A stretch of DNA of 64,000 bases from IMG/VR virus record IMGVR_UViG_3300024308_000016, positions 1 to 64,000 of that record; one strand, given 5' to 3'. The notes beneath the pieces were generated by a model. It saw only the letters and a list, made by a program, of their open reading frames with translations, was not told where the DNA came from and searched no databases. This document shows, piece after piece, positions 9,610 to 19,333 of the stretch. The stretch's first letter is position 1. Each line of letters begins with the position of its first letter. Both the position numbers and the translations under genes were made by a program.

Positions 9610-10242
9610 ATGACAACGCACAAAGACTTTTACGCAGTGGCGATCGCCACTCGCCGCGGCGACACTGAACAACTGCTGGATTTCTCTTTCAAGAAGGGAG
9701 AGAAGTACTCCGATATCAAGGACACCATCCTCAAGCGCATGTTCCGATGGCTCGCAGATCTGGGCCCCAAGAGCAGTGAGACCGTGGGTCTATGCCTGGA
9801 GATAGACTCTGAAGTGGCGATTCAGATCCCATACCAGCGCGCCACGGTGGTCAAACTGTTTGAGGACATGGCCAAGCCTGACTCGCTGTTTGACAACCAG
9901 CTCCGTGTAGTGTTGTCGCCCTGGGTGGACACCGGCGTGGAACTGGTCATGGATCCCGCGGTGATAGACGCGTACACCAGCGGCTTTCGCATATTGTTTC
10001 GCCCAGACGGCACCAGGGGCTACATCCAGCCCCTGCGCCGTACTCTGCCGTCATGGGAGTCTGACTCTTCGGGCCCAGTCGAGCAGATGATCCAGAACAA
10101 CATCGACGAATGGATCCATGGCCATAACTGTGCGGCCATCACGTCGCTGATCACGCTGGTCGACGCCCATCCGGGCAAGGCTCTATATGAATTCATCAAC
10201 GGCGCCACCCACAACAGCATCATCACGGTCCAACTTAAGTAA
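9610..10242 (+). CDS. Hypothetical protein, tandem family B
   Basis: MDPAVIDAYTSGFRI ... THNSIITV. Confidence 0.7.
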   Translation: MTTHKDFYAVAIATRRGDTEQLLDFSFKKGEKYSDIKDTILKRMFRWLADLGPKSSETVGLCLEIDSEVAIQIPYQRATVVKLFEDMAKPDSLFDNQLRVVLSPWVDTGVELVMDPAVIDAYTSGFRILFRPDGTRGYIQPLRRTLPSWESDSSGPVEQMIQNNIDEWIHGHNCAAITSLITLVDAHPGKALYEFINGATHNSIITVQLK

Positions 10243-10253
10243 AGGAAACTTCC

Positions 10254-10889
10254 ATGGCACCCTCGGATACCCAAGTTTACGCTCAGGTCAAGTCCAACTT
10301 CAACGACTCCATGATGCAGTACACCACGGCGGTGGTGCCCACGACGCAGGCCAAACTCGGCGTGTTTCGCGGTGCCATCGCCAAAGAAGTGGTGGCGCTG
10401 CTGGGCAAGCCCAATCGCCGCATCTATGATGCGATCACAATCGACGTGGAGGACAAGTCCACCCATCGGCAAAGCTATCTGCGGCTGAGTTTCAAGGGCG
10501 TGACAGCCGTGCAGGTCAAGGACATGGACAATGCCCGCAGTTGCCTGCAGCTGTGCCTGGCGCTGTACCTGGCCACCGACAAGACTATCAGCATAAAGCC
10601 GGTGGACTATAGCCAGTTCTCCCGTCACCGGGCTTATTCGATCGTGAAGATCACGCCCCGGCTGTTCCAAGCTGTCTCCAAGATAACGGGTCGTGCGCTG
10701 GCCGAGGGCGCACGTAGTGAGGCGGAGCGCGCCATCGCTATTGACCTGGACAACCGCAAGGCTGCCTGGAAGCTGCACACCGCAGCTCGCCTGGCCCACT
10801 TTGCCTGGGTGAACAAAATCAAGACCGTCAAGGCCCTGATCGCGGCGTACACCGCCACCAATGACGACCTGATCCTCGAACGCGTGTAA
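10254..10889 (+). CDS. Hypothetical protein, probable distant member of family B
   Basis: Similar length (211 aa) and C-terminus ALIAAYTATNDDLILERV. Confidence 0.65.
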   Translation: MAPSDTQVYAQVKSNFNDSMMQYTTAVVPTTQAKLGVFRGAIAKEVVALLGKPNRRIYDAITIDVEDKSTHRQSYLRLSFKGVTAVQVKDMDNARSCLQLCLALYLATDKTISIKPVDYSQFSRHRAYSIVKITPRLFQAVSKITGRALAEGARSEAERAIAIDLDNRKAAWKLHTAARLAHFAWVNKIKTVKALIAAYTATNDDLILERV

Positions 10890-10901
10890 TCACACTTTTC
10901 A

Positions 10902-10948
10902 TCCCAGAGCCTTCGGGCTCTGGGAGTCAGACCCTTTCTTTTTTTGTC
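10902..10948 (+). terminator. Intrinsic terminator
   Basis: tcccagagcc-ttcg-ggctctggga plus tttttttgtc. Confidence 0.8.
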
Positions 10949-11030
10949 TCAAAGTAGGAAAGCGACTGCCCCAGTCATCATCTGAGGCATACTCGCCTTT
11001 ACTTCTATTAGAGGACCTTTCGCTTTCCTT

Positions 11031-11513
11031 ATGCTGACAAATATCGACAAGTTGTACTTGAAGACGTACGACGAGCGATACGGGCATCTGCGGGGCCAAG
11101 AGTTGACCGATGCGATCGAAGAAGCCGAGAGGCAGTTCAATCAATCGTTTCCCAACTCCATGGACCAACGCAAAGCCGTATACGCTTTGACGGAGCTGAT
11201 CCAGTACCTGACGCTTCTGCACATTCAGGAGACGGGCAGCCTGAACGATGTGATCGTGATGGTCACAGGCACTATCAGTCCCGACGACGGCCTGCAAGAG
11301 CCCCTGCCTATCCGGGCGCAGGAGTACCTGATGGACGAGCCCACTCCCTACTGGTACATGGACAACAGCCGAGGCGATTGGTACATCGCCTATCTGGACG
11401 TCCCAGTATCCAGCGACCGTGGCGCCCAGCTTCGCACCATGTTCAACACCAGCAACACAGCTCCCCGCAAGGCGCTGCGTCCCTTCATCCTCGAACGCAT
11501 CTCGCAAAACTGA
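11031..11513 (+). CDS. Hypothetical protein upstream of PhuZ
   Basis: ORF with gagga RBS, stop adjacent to PhuZ start. Confidence 0.7.
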   Translation: MLTNIDKLYLKTYDERYGHLRGQELTDAIEEAERQFNQSFPNSMDQRKAVYALTELIQYLTLLHIQETGSLNDVIVMVTGTISPDDGLQEPLPIRAQEYLMDEPTPYWYMDNSRGDWYIAYLDVPVSSDRGAQLRTMFNTSNTAPRKALRPFILERISQN

Positions 11514-11515
11514 TC

Positions 11516-12511
11516 ATGAGCACTACCAAACGCACTCAACCTCAAGTGGCCATCTACGCCTGCGGCGGCACGGGCCTGAACCTGGGCGAGCAGTTCGCCT
11601 CCATCGTCTCGGAAAACCCGATCCTCAAGGACCTGGTGCGCATCTACTACGTGGATACGTCCACTGCCAACCACCGCCCTATCCATACGGCGGAGAACAC
11701 CAAGGTCATCGGCACCAAGGAAGGCTCGGGCAAGCGCCGCGACAAGAACTACGACCAGCTCAAGGAAGCGGTTCCCGACATCCTGCACTCCTTCCAGCCC
11801 GGCCGCTTCAACATCATGCTGTCTGGCCTGTCGGGTGGCTCTGGCTCCGTGATCCAGGGCGTGCTGCTCAGCGAACTGCTGGCCAAGGAAATCCCGGCCA
11901 TGAGTGTGACGGTGGGTTCTCGGGATTCCGAACGCGAAGTGCTGAACCTCAACCAGTCGTTCCTGTCTTTCGCAGCCATCTCCCGCACTCGCAGAAAGCC
12001 CGTCGTGGTCAACTACACGGAAAACGGCGTGGCCGGCACCCGTGGCGAGGTCGACCGCCGCGTGCTGGACAACCTGCGCACCCTGTGCCTGATGTTCTCG
12101 TGCGTGGTCGAGAAGATCGACGCCACCGACCTGATCCACTTCCTGGACTACACCCGCACCACCCAGTACCCCGCTGGCCTCGTGGCGCTGGAAGTGTCCA
12201 AGAAAAACGAGATCAAGCTGCGCGACGGCGAGATGCTGTTCGGCGTGACCACGCTCGCCACCCATGACACCGTCACCACGCTGGAGCCCCGTCCTCCCTA
12301 CCAGTCCACGGGCTTCATCTCCGAAGACCAAGCAGGCGCGTTCGGTGATCTGGACATCCTGCACTTCGCCATCGTCGGCGGCGCCTACGACGCGCTGATC
12401 GACAACAACAAGGCGCAAGTTGCTGAGTTCGAGGAAGCTGCCAAGGCCTATCGCCCCAAGCAGTACCTGGACGAAAGCCTGGCCGTGGAAGACGACGGCA
12501 ACATCGTCTAA
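11516..12511 (+). CDS. phuZ: Phage tubulin PhuZ (331 aa)
   Basis: YACGGTGLNLG, YVDTS, GSGKRR and tubulin signature SGGSGS; acidic C-terminal tail VEDDGNIV. Confidence 0.93.
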   Translation: MSTTKRTQPQVAIYACGGTGLNLGEQFASIVSENPILKDLVRIYYVDTSTANHRPIHTAENTKVIGTKEGSGKRRDKNYDQLKEAVPDILHSFQPGRFNIMLSGLSGGSGSVIQGVLLSELLAKEIPAMSVTVGSRDSEREVLNLNQSFLSFAAISRTRRKPVVVNYTENGVAGTRGEVDRRVLDNLRTLCLMFSCVVEKIDATDLIHFLDYTRTTQYPAGLVALEVSKKNEIKLRDGEMLFGVTTLATHDTVTTLEPRPPYQSTGFISEDQAGAFGDLDILHFAIVGGAYDALIDNNKAQVAEFEEAAKAYRPKQYLDESLAVEDDGNIV

Positions 12512-12533
12512 GAGCATAACGCTCAAACAGCAC

Positions 12534-12580
12534 TCACCAGAGCCCTTAACGGGGCTCTGGTGGGGCTTGTATGCTTTTTT
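12534..12580 (+). terminator. Terminator after phuZ
   Basis: caccagagccc ... gggctctggtg hairpin plus T tract. Confidence 0.7.
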
Positions 12581-12603
12581 GGACACTTACACCTTACTTG
12601 AGG
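12566..12603 (+). promoter_or_regulatory. Phage bipartite promoter motif, copy 3
   Basis: cttgta at 12566, cacttacaccttacttgagg at 12584. Confidence 0.75.
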
Positions 12604-12666
12604 TAAAAACCGTTTAAAAGTTAGAAAACAGCGGTATTGAATGTGAACACTTAAAGGGGATAGCGC

Positions 12667-13089
12667 ATGAACGATCAACTGCGTCGTCTACTCCAAGACG
12701 ATAGCGATGATGATGATCCCAAGCCCAGAGACCCGTACATGATGCAGATCGTGGATGTCGGATTCATCGAGCGCACACTAAGAGAAAGCTGGCATATCGC
12801 TAAAAGAGAATACAAGCTACAAAACCGCCACTTCTACCCGATCTCTGACTGGTGTGTGGCGGAGGCATTTGTCCATGCGCTGGCACCCCAGGGTATCTGC
12901 GTGACGGGACACTACTGCTACGATGAGGCTAAGACCGTCTACCGGAACTACTTGCCACGCGTGGAGCAGCGCATCATCGACCTCGTATCGCTGTCGGGCC
13001 TGCAAAACTGGCTCAACTGCGACGTCAAGATCATGGTACTGAACCGAGACGCCATCGTCGCACGGACAGTACCGGCCAAGAAGTTTTAA
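12667..13089 (+). CDS. Hypothetical protein
   Basis: ORF with aggggg-like RBS after promoter motif. Confidence 0.7.
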   Translation: MNDQLRRLLQDDSDDDDPKPRDPYMMQIVDVGFIERTLRESWHIAKREYKLQNRHFYPISDWCVAEAFVHALAPQGICVTGHYCYDEAKTVYRNYLPRVEQRIIDLVSLSGLQNWLNCDVKIMVLNRDAIVARTVPAKKF

Positions 13090-13091
13090 GA

Positions 13092-13802
13092 ATGAAGAAG
13101 ATGTACAACTCCATACCTGAGCTCTACGAATACGTGCACTCTGTGATCCCGCTGCAGCTGGAGCGCTACAGGCCCCGGCTGCTGGAGCTCGGAGACATCT
13201 ACCGGTGCGACGCGATGGCGCTGTACTGTGGACGTACTGGCAAGATGCTGGGGCGGCTCGATGGCTCCCTGTACTGCGAAGACCGTTTCGGCAACCGCCG
13301 GCGCATCATGAGCGTCCGGGACATCGAGCGAGCGTTTGGTGATATCTACACGCAGTACGGCAAAGTACTGATCCCGTTTCACCGTATCCAGGATTGGTCG
13401 TTCTCCACCACATCGACCCTGAGCCACAAAGCCCAGCAGCTGGTATGGGCATTAGCTCTGGACGGCCTGAAGAACGAGCTGGAGTACTTCACCGTCTCCA
13501 ACTCCATCAAGACCATGCACGATCTGATAGACGCTCAATACATACTGGAGCGCCCGGATATCGAGCGCACCATCCTGAGCGTGCGAAATGCCATCATCGT
13601 GGAAGTCGTCAGAAGTTTGGAGACGATCGAAGACCACGATTGGCGATCGGTCCACATGCAGATGGACCACCGCCTGCATGTTCCGGTGCTGGAAGTCGGT
13701 ATGGACATCCGGATCCGGGAGTACTACGAGCGCCGTATACGGCAAGCCGCTGAGCAAGAGTTGGAAGCTGCTGAGCATGATATCTTCTCCGCACTGCGAT
13801 GA
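13092..13802 (+). CDS. Hypothetical protein of the post-PhuZ block
   Basis: 236-aa ORF, operonic. Confidence 0.7.
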   Translation: MKKMYNSIPELYEYVHSVIPLQLERYRPRLLELGDIYRCDAMALYCGRTGKMLGRLDGSLYCEDRFGNRRRIMSVRDIERAFGDIYTQYGKVLIPFHRIQDWSFSTTSTLSHKAQQLVWALALDGLKNELEYFTVSNSIKTMHDLIDAQYILERPDIERTILSVRNAIIVEVVRSLETIEDHDWRSVHMQMDHRLHVPVLEVGMDIRIREYYERRIRQAAEQELEAAEHDIFSALR

Positions 13803-14265
13803 GCGACGATGGATCCCCGAAAGGGGGTTCATCGTCAATCTGCGCCGCACTATACAAAAAGTGGAAGAGCACCCTTACTTTGAGCCGATCGCTGAATGGA
13901 TCGAGCCCAGACAAGTGGTGGTCAATCTGTGCCAGCCTTTTGAAGAGTTCTTCATGGAGGATTTCATACACGATATTGAAGTCGATCTAGGGTTTACCCT
14001 ATTTGGACAAGATAAAGGCAAACTGGAGCGATTCTTGGGAGATATCCGAGATGAGCTCATCGAACAAATAGAAAGTATATATGGTCAATCGGATAATCTC
14101 CCCGTTTTCCAGAGATGGCTCAACCACTATGACGCTCTCTTCGTATCACGACAGGGAGTCGTCAAAACGTTCCCCAAGCCCGACTCGCGCTCCCATACCA
14201 CTGAACTCGCGCTGGGGCGCTATCGTCGACTTATCGCACTTTTTAAAAGGCCAGCGAGACGTTGA
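13777..14265 (+). CDS. Hypothetical protein, family C (start uncertain)
   Basis: RGFIVNLRR ... PVFQRWLNHYDALFV. Confidence 0.6.
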   Translation: MISSPHCDERRWIPERGFIVNLRRTIQKVEEHPYFEPIAEWIEPRQVVVNLCQPFEEFFMEDFIHDIEVDLGFTLFGQDKGKLERFLGDIRDELIEQIESIYGQSDNLPVFQRWLNHYDALFVSRQGVVKTFPKPDSRSHTTELALGRYRRLIALFKRPARR

Positions 14266-14671
14266 TTCTCAGTTCTCGGACATTACCCCGAAGTTGTACT
14301 CCACGCATGACCCCAGTTTCTTCCTGAAGGCGGCCACTCATGGAGTGGCACAAACGGATTATGAATTGTTCGACTACCTATACGACGTATTAGGCGGTGA
14401 TTTGACCGAGCAGCAATTGGCTCGTCTCGTGGAGTACCTGGATGAATATAATCGGCAAGTACATGAGTACATTGTCCCGCGTCTCGAACGCAGTAAAAGA
14501 AACGAAGACTACACGTTTCACCAATGGCTCGATGAAGATAAGGGAGTATGCATTATCAAAGCTACCCCGCGGGCACCCACAATACCGCTATTGCCCGCCC
14601 CGACGGTCGCAGGAATCACCCTACACCGAAAACCCAAGATGGCGCCAGGTAAAGTGGGGCGTCGTCGTTAG
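14081..14671 (+). CDS. Hypothetical protein, family C (start uncertain)
   Basis: WGAIVDLSH ... YTFHQWLDEDKGVCII. Confidence 0.6.
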   Translation: MVNRIISPFSRDGSTTMTLSSYHDRESSKRSPSPTRAPIPLNSRWGAIVDLSHFLKGQRDVDSQFSDITPKLYSTHDPSFFLKAATHGVAQTDYELFDYLYDVLGGDLTEQQLARLVEYLDEYNRQVHEYIVPRLERSKRNEDYTFHQWLDEDKGVCIIKATPRAPTIPLLPAPTVAGITLHRKPKMAPGKVGRRR

Positions 14672-15011
14672 TCTCAAACACAGCCTTGAGTACATCGATG
14701 AGCTGGATCTGGTCAGCCGACTGCTGCGTATCTCCACCAAGCGGGAGATACTGGAGGTGCTGCTGACCAACATACTGGGGCCTCGGGAAATCAATCCCGT
14801 ACTCACGCATCTGGAAACTGCCATGTACACCAGTGGCTTTATCCCAGATCAGGACATGTTCAATGCCCTGGATTGCCAGCTCGATGTACTGTCTATCGCA
14901 GTGGACGAAGACATCTTGCGCCAAACGGGGATCGATGCGTGCGAGGTCAGGTACGAGCTGCTGTATTGGATCAACGACAGCGACGTAATCATCGGTGAAT
15001 TTGAGATTTAG
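14442..15011 (+). CDS. Hypothetical protein, family C (start uncertain)
   Basis: WGVVVSLKH ... YELLYWINDSDVII. Confidence 0.6.
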   Translation: MNIIGKYMSTLSRVSNAVKETKTTRFTNGSMKIREYALSKLPRGHPQYRYCPPRRSQESPYTENPRWRQVKWGVVVSLKHSLEYIDELDLVSRLLRISTKREILEVLLTNILGPREINPVLTHLETAMYTSGFIPDQDMFNALDCQLDVLSIAVDEDILRQTGIDACEVRYELLYWINDSDVIIGEFEI

Positions 15012-15020
15012 GAGTATAGA

Positions 15021-15572
15021 GTGACAATTGCACACCTCAATCTTCAGGATACCGACCCTATGCAAGACCGACACACCATCTGTCGCCTGCCCCGATCTCT
15101 GGACAAGACCACTCTCAAGGAAACCTATGACATCTTCCTGTCAGATCCCGAGACGACCCTGTACCAGGATCTGGAAGACGCCATCAACTTTAGCACGCTC
15201 GAGGACTTGGACGATCTAGCCACACGGGTACAGCGCTTTCAGGTCATCGACAGCTACAAGGTTGTTGCTCCTAGCGAGTTCCAAAACCCCGTTGACCGCT
15301 TGCTCGCCGCCAGCGCCTTCGGAGACAACGAAGAATCCAGGGCCTGGGTAAGGGACTACTTCTTTCTCATGTTCAGTGAGGCCCTATCTATGGATGGCGA
15401 AGGTATCTTCTACGCCATCTATGTCCCAACTATCGGAGGTATGCTCCTTGTCCGTTCGAATTCCGTGGAGACGGCGAGTCGAGCAAGTCGTGATGGACTT
15501 GCGCGGCTGCGACGCGTCTTTTCAAAAACAATGTTCGGAAATATTCCAAATCAATCCATGGCTCGATGGTGA
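15021..15572 (+). CDS. Hypothetical protein
   Basis: GTG start with aggag RBS. Confidence 0.7.
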   Translation: MTIAHLNLQDTDPMQDRHTICRLPRSLDKTTLKETYDIFLSDPETTLYQDLEDAINFSTLEDLDDLATRVQRFQVIDSYKVVAPSEFQNPVDRLLAASAFGDNEESRAWVRDYFFLMFSEALSMDGEGIFYAIYVPTIGGMLLVRSNSVETASRASRDGLARLRRVFSKTMFGNIPNQSMARW

Positions 15573-15945
15573 TTCGGGAAAACTGCTGCGCCAGTGGGTG
15601 GTAACAGCCACTGCGGACATCGTGGGGATGTTCTCGTTTAACCCACAGATGCTGTACGGCTCAATCCAAGAAGGCCCGCACTTGCAGGCATATGAGGGCA
15701 TAGATCAGATGGAGCCCGAGCAGCTCGAACAGTTCTCATGCCTGTACAAGGCGTATGCAGCCCAGGTCTTTACCCTGATGCATGTGGCGCTGGAGGAGCA
15801 CGGAGCTCGGGCACTCGAAGAAGGCTACAGCGATGTAGCCTGCAACATCGAGTCCTATCGACTGGGGATGCTTGTCATCTCCGTCATCGCAGAAAACCCC
15901 GTAGACTCGATCTTCAAGAACATCAAGATCGGCTCTGCCCTCTGA
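15376..15945 (+). CDS. Hypothetical protein (true start probably downstream)
   Basis: Open frame filling 15572-15945. Confidence 0.55.
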   Translation: MRPYLWMAKVSSTPSMSQLSEVCSLSVRIPWRRRVEQVVMDLRGCDASFQKQCSEIFQINPWLDGDSGKLLRQWVVTATADIVGMFSFNPQMLYGSIQEGPHLQAYEGIDQMEPEQLEQFSCLYKAYAAQVFTLMHVALEEHGARALEEGYSDVACNIESYRLGMLVISVIAENPVDSIFKNIKIGSAL

Positions 15946-15955
15946 GCGCATCATC

Positions 15956-16399
15956 ATGACCAACCAAGCCCCCATCATCTCCCGAGCCGCGAGCTACTAC
16001 GACAAGTGGTTGCCGGGCGAGACGTACTCGTTCAACACCATCGTGCCGGGAATCCTCCCCATCAGCTACAATCGCGTCAAACTCGAAGGCCGCAATCGCT
16101 TCAATGTGGCGCGTCAGCTGAGCGCTCAGGACTTGATGGCGGACTGGCGCCGAATCTATCCGTCGCTGCCCTCGGGCACTCCTGACAATCCCAATGCCGT
16201 CAACTGGCTCACCTTCGTATCCATGGGGGGTGAAACCTTTACGCTGGCGGAAGAATGGCTTGACGGAAGCACCGTCGTGGTCACCAACTTCATCAGCTTC
16301 AACATCGAAGTGACGGAGAGCAGCAGCGAGCAGATGGGGCGTATTCGGGACCTCCTGAATCAAGAAGGGGCCAAATTCGCCATCACGCTCGTCAACTAG
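15956..16399 (+). CDS. Hypothetical protein
   Basis: 147-aa ORF followed by a hairpin. Confidence 0.7.
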   Translation: MTNQAPIISRAASYYDKWLPGETYSFNTIVPGILPISYNRVKLEGRNRFNVARQLSAQDLMADWRRIYPSLPSGTPDNPNAVNWLTFVSMGGETFTLAEEWLDGSTVVVTNFISFNIEVTESSSEQMGRIRDLLNQEGAKFAITLVN

Positions 16400-16474
16400 C
16401 AATACCCGACCACCAGCCGACCCGCGAGGGCCGGCTGGATGGTACCTTTTGTTCGCTCTATAGAAAGACAAAAC

Positions 16475-16933
16475 ATGAGTTTCGATATCAGCAGCTTGTT
16501 CAAAGTCTCCGAGACTGATCAAGCCACCATCGTGATGGACCGCTATGCTGAGCAGTTGCCAGGCGTCATCCACATGGGCCTGCCGTACTACGCGATCGAT
16601 CTGTCCAAGCGTGTGGGCAAATCCTATATCGAGCTAACCGAGGAGATCCGGGAGAACTTCATCATCGAAAAAGAGATGTCGACTCTGGGAGCAGGGGTGA
16701 CAGCTTTGAACCCTTCGGATCCCGGCGCTGTACATACTCACACCATCATGAGTGCCTATATTAAGGGCTTGACGCCTCCTGAAGTGGGTACCTATTGGCT
16801 GGTGGCCGCTATCTTAGGGGATCCGGGATTCGATTACCGCAAAGCCGGCAATATGCGGCCAGAGCACGAGTTCGCGGTCACCGTCGTCCATGTCCATGAA
16901 GACCAGGTGCTGGACTTCTTTGGCGTCAACTGA
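16475..16933 (+). CDS. Hypothetical protein
   Basis: ATG after atagaaag. Confidence 0.7.
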   Translation: MSFDISSLFKVSETDQATIVMDRYAEQLPGVIHMGLPYYAIDLSKRVGKSYIELTEEIRENFIIEKEMSTLGAGVTALNPSDPGAVHTHTIMSAYIKGLTPPEVGTYWLVAAILGDPGFDYRKAGNMRPEHEFAVTVVHVHEDQVLDFFGVN

Positions 16934-16944
16934 AAGCTTTCTAT

Positions 16945-18090
16945 ATGACTGATGCAACCAAATACGTGCCCGATATCTCCTCCCAGTTCGTGCAGCCTCT
17001 GCAGTGCATGGATCGCAAGGACGTCGCAGCCGCCACCCGTGCCATGGCGTTCAACACCACGGGTGAGGGAGATCCCAAGTACTACTCGGCGATGGTGATC
17101 GTCGACGACAACCTGATTGAACTCAACCAGGTGCTGGAAGACGGTGAGGTGGTCGATGGAGAGGCCCTGGCCATCTCGATCGAAGCCATCATTGCCAAGG
17201 TCCCGGAAGTGGTCCAAGCACTGGGCATCTCAGCGGCAGTGCTGGTCGATGGCGGCCTACCCGATGAGGCTGCGGTGTGGCTGCAGACCACCGCAGTGGA
17301 CTATATCCGCATGGTGCACGAAATGCGCGATGAAGAGTACCAAAACAACCTGAACCTGGGCTACTTCTACACCCGCTACATCGAAGCATCCAAGTCCTGG
17401 ATGGTGGGCGTGCGCTTTTCCACGGGCTCCACAGCTCCACTGGGTGTGCGAAAGATGTTCAAGGTCCGGGAAGTGGCAGCTCCCGCGCCATCGGGCGACA
17501 GCGCTCTGCGGGGCGCTGACTCTATCGGCCAAGTGCTGGGTTCTGTGAGGCTGCTGACTACGATCGGTAACCGCTCAGAATACGACATCGCGCTGGACTT
17601 TTGTGACCAGTGTGAGATCTCCGACAACCAAGTGGTGTGGTCTGGTTCCACAGGCGGGGGCACCCAGTTGCATAAGGACATCGACCCCAGCAACACCGAA
17701 TATCCTGGCATGCTGTGCCTGGAGTCGGAGCTGTCGGTTTTTCTGATGCACTTGGCCAGCGGCATGTCCATGCGGGTGCTGAAAGAGGCCCATGAGAGCG
17801 GGGAGATCACTTCCATTGAGAACCACTTCATCACCATCCGAACCCTGGGCGCCCCTGTGGCCAATCTGCCTGCGTCGTTCCTGCGGTCTATCTGTAAAGA
17901 GCAGGGCGTGGAGATCTCGGAGAAAGATGCCCTCTACCGACCACTGAAGATCGAAGGGATGGCCACACGTCGTGTGCAGTCGTCTCCTCACCTGGTCGAT
18001 GTGACGTTTCGCGTGACTGATCCCACAATCGGTCTGGTCGTCACCTGGAACTACCTCATCCACACCTCTTTGACCAAGGACGAGTCGTGA
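16945..18090 (+). CDS. Hypothetical protein (381 aa)
   Basis: Long ORF, gaaag RBS. Confidence 0.75.
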   Translation: MTDATKYVPDISSQFVQPLQCMDRKDVAAATRAMAFNTTGEGDPKYYSAMVIVDDNLIELNQVLEDGEVVDGEALAISIEAIIAKVPEVVQALGISAAVLVDGGLPDEAAVWLQTTAVDYIRMVHEMRDEEYQNNLNLGYFYTRYIEASKSWMVGVRFSTGSTAPLGVRKMFKVREVAAPAPSGDSALRGADSIGQVLGSVRLLTTIGNRSEYDIALDFCDQCEISDNQVVWSGSTGGGTQLHKDIDPSNTEYPGMLCLESELSVFLMHLASGMSMRVLKEAHESGEITSIENHFITIRTLGAPVANLPASFLRSICKEQGVEISEKDALYRPLKIEGMATRRVQSSPHLVDVTFRVTDPTIGLVVTWNYLIHTSLTKDES

Positions 18091-18596
18091 ATTTCGAACA
18101 ACTGACCTCCATCAACCCCCATCGCACACGCGCAGTTGTCAGTGCTCTGTGTCGTATGACAGAGTACGGCACCCATGAGGGCTTGCCGTACGTGAAGATC
18201 GACATGATCCACCTGCAGCGGGCCTGTTTGCAAGGAACAGGCGGTGAGTGGCTTGCTGAGATATTGTTCGGTATCTTGGTGGCATGCCCCGATAGCTGCC
18301 GGTTTATGGCTACGACCTCTGACCAAGCCCGGGTCTCGGCAGTGCAGTCGCGTAACTACCGCCGTATGCGCATCTCGTGCTTACTGGGCCATGCATTGGC
18401 CTCGACCCTCATGACAGATGAGGCCAAGCACCTGACAGTACGTTTTCAGCTCGCTGAAGATGACAAGGTGCTCAAGATCACGATGGTGGTGTCAGATCGC
18501 CGCAGAAACGATGGCAACCGCCTGCTATTGGGCGGCATCTACGAGGTACCCTCGTTTGACCAAGTCAAGGTGGTTGACGACAAGCCATCTCAATAA
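18087..18596 (+). CDS. Hypothetical protein
   Basis: GTGA overlap with upstream gene. Confidence 0.7.
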   Translation: MNFEQLTSINPHRTRAVVSALCRMTEYGTHEGLPYVKIDMIHLQRACLQGTGGEWLAEILFGILVACPDSCRFMATTSDQARVSAVQSRNYRRMRISCLLGHALASTLMTDEAKHLTVRFQLAEDDKVLKITMVVSDRRRNDGNRLLLGGIYEVPSFDQVKVVDDKPSQ

Positions 18597-18602
18597 GTGA
18601 GA

Positions 18603-18647
18603 CCAGGGGCCTTCGGGCCTCTGGACTCCTACCCCTTCTTTTTTGTC
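18603..18647 (+). terminator. Intrinsic terminator
   Basis: ccaggggcc-ttcg-ggcctctgg plus ttttttgtc. Confidence 0.75.
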
Positions 18648-18650
18648 ACC

Positions 18651-18688
18651 TTTGTACGGATTTTTGACCACTTATACCTTACTTGAGG
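18651..18688 (+). promoter_or_regulatory. Phage bipartite promoter motif, copy 4
   Basis: tttgta at 18651, cacttataccttacttgagg at 18669. Confidence 0.8.
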
Positions 18689-18731
18689 ATTAGCGTCCTT
18701 ATCGATCAACAAGAACTGGGAGAGAACGTTT

Positions 18732-19331
18732 ATGAGTGCGAGCAAATTGTCCATGCGGATGCTCAGGAGTGTTTTGAGCAGCTTGCTGGACTTGGTGGAA
18801 ACATCACTGGGCATTCCCAAGCAAGACCGCAAGTCCTCAATGGCTGCAGTGTACAGTATGCCTGGAGGCCGAAAGATCAAGCAGTCAGCCTACGAAGATG
18901 TCTTCCCCAACGCGGTGCCAGCCAATGACTTTTTGTATGACGCCACCAAGAATGACCCTGTGGTCACGATAGAGTTGCCCACCGAGGCCTACAGCTTGGC
19001 TTTCGCTGGTGTGGCCAAGGGCTTCATCTTTCGGGAAAAGTACAACTTGCCTGAGATGTTCAGAAAGCACACCAAGATCGACTTTGTGTTCAAGGACCGA
19101 GAAAACGAGCCTGTGAACATGAGCACGTTGTTCGTGCGGGGAGTGATGGTGGACTACCTGGACAAGTTCTATGATGTCGGTTATGGCGAACAGCCCCGCA
19201 TCACGTTCAACGGCAAGGTGCAGGCGCCCTCCCTGGTAGATCCGGATATGCGCGATATCAAGAACACCGAACACCACCACATCCTCGTCAACCTCAAACG
19301 CCGCAAGATCCGCGGCTTACCTCTGGAGTAA
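18732..19331 (+). CDS. Hypothetical protein
   Basis: First ORF after promoter copy 4. Confidence 0.65.
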   Translation: MSASKLSMRMLRSVLSSLLDLVETSLGIPKQDRKSSMAAVYSMPGGRKIKQSAYEDVFPNAVPANDFLYDATKNDPVVTIELPTEAYSLAFAGVAKGFIFREKYNLPEMFRKHTKIDFVFKDRENEPVNMSTLFVRGVMVDYLDKFYDVGYGEQPRITFNGKVQAPSLVDPDMRDIKNTEHHHILVNLKRRKIRGLPLE

Positions 19332-19333
19332 CT

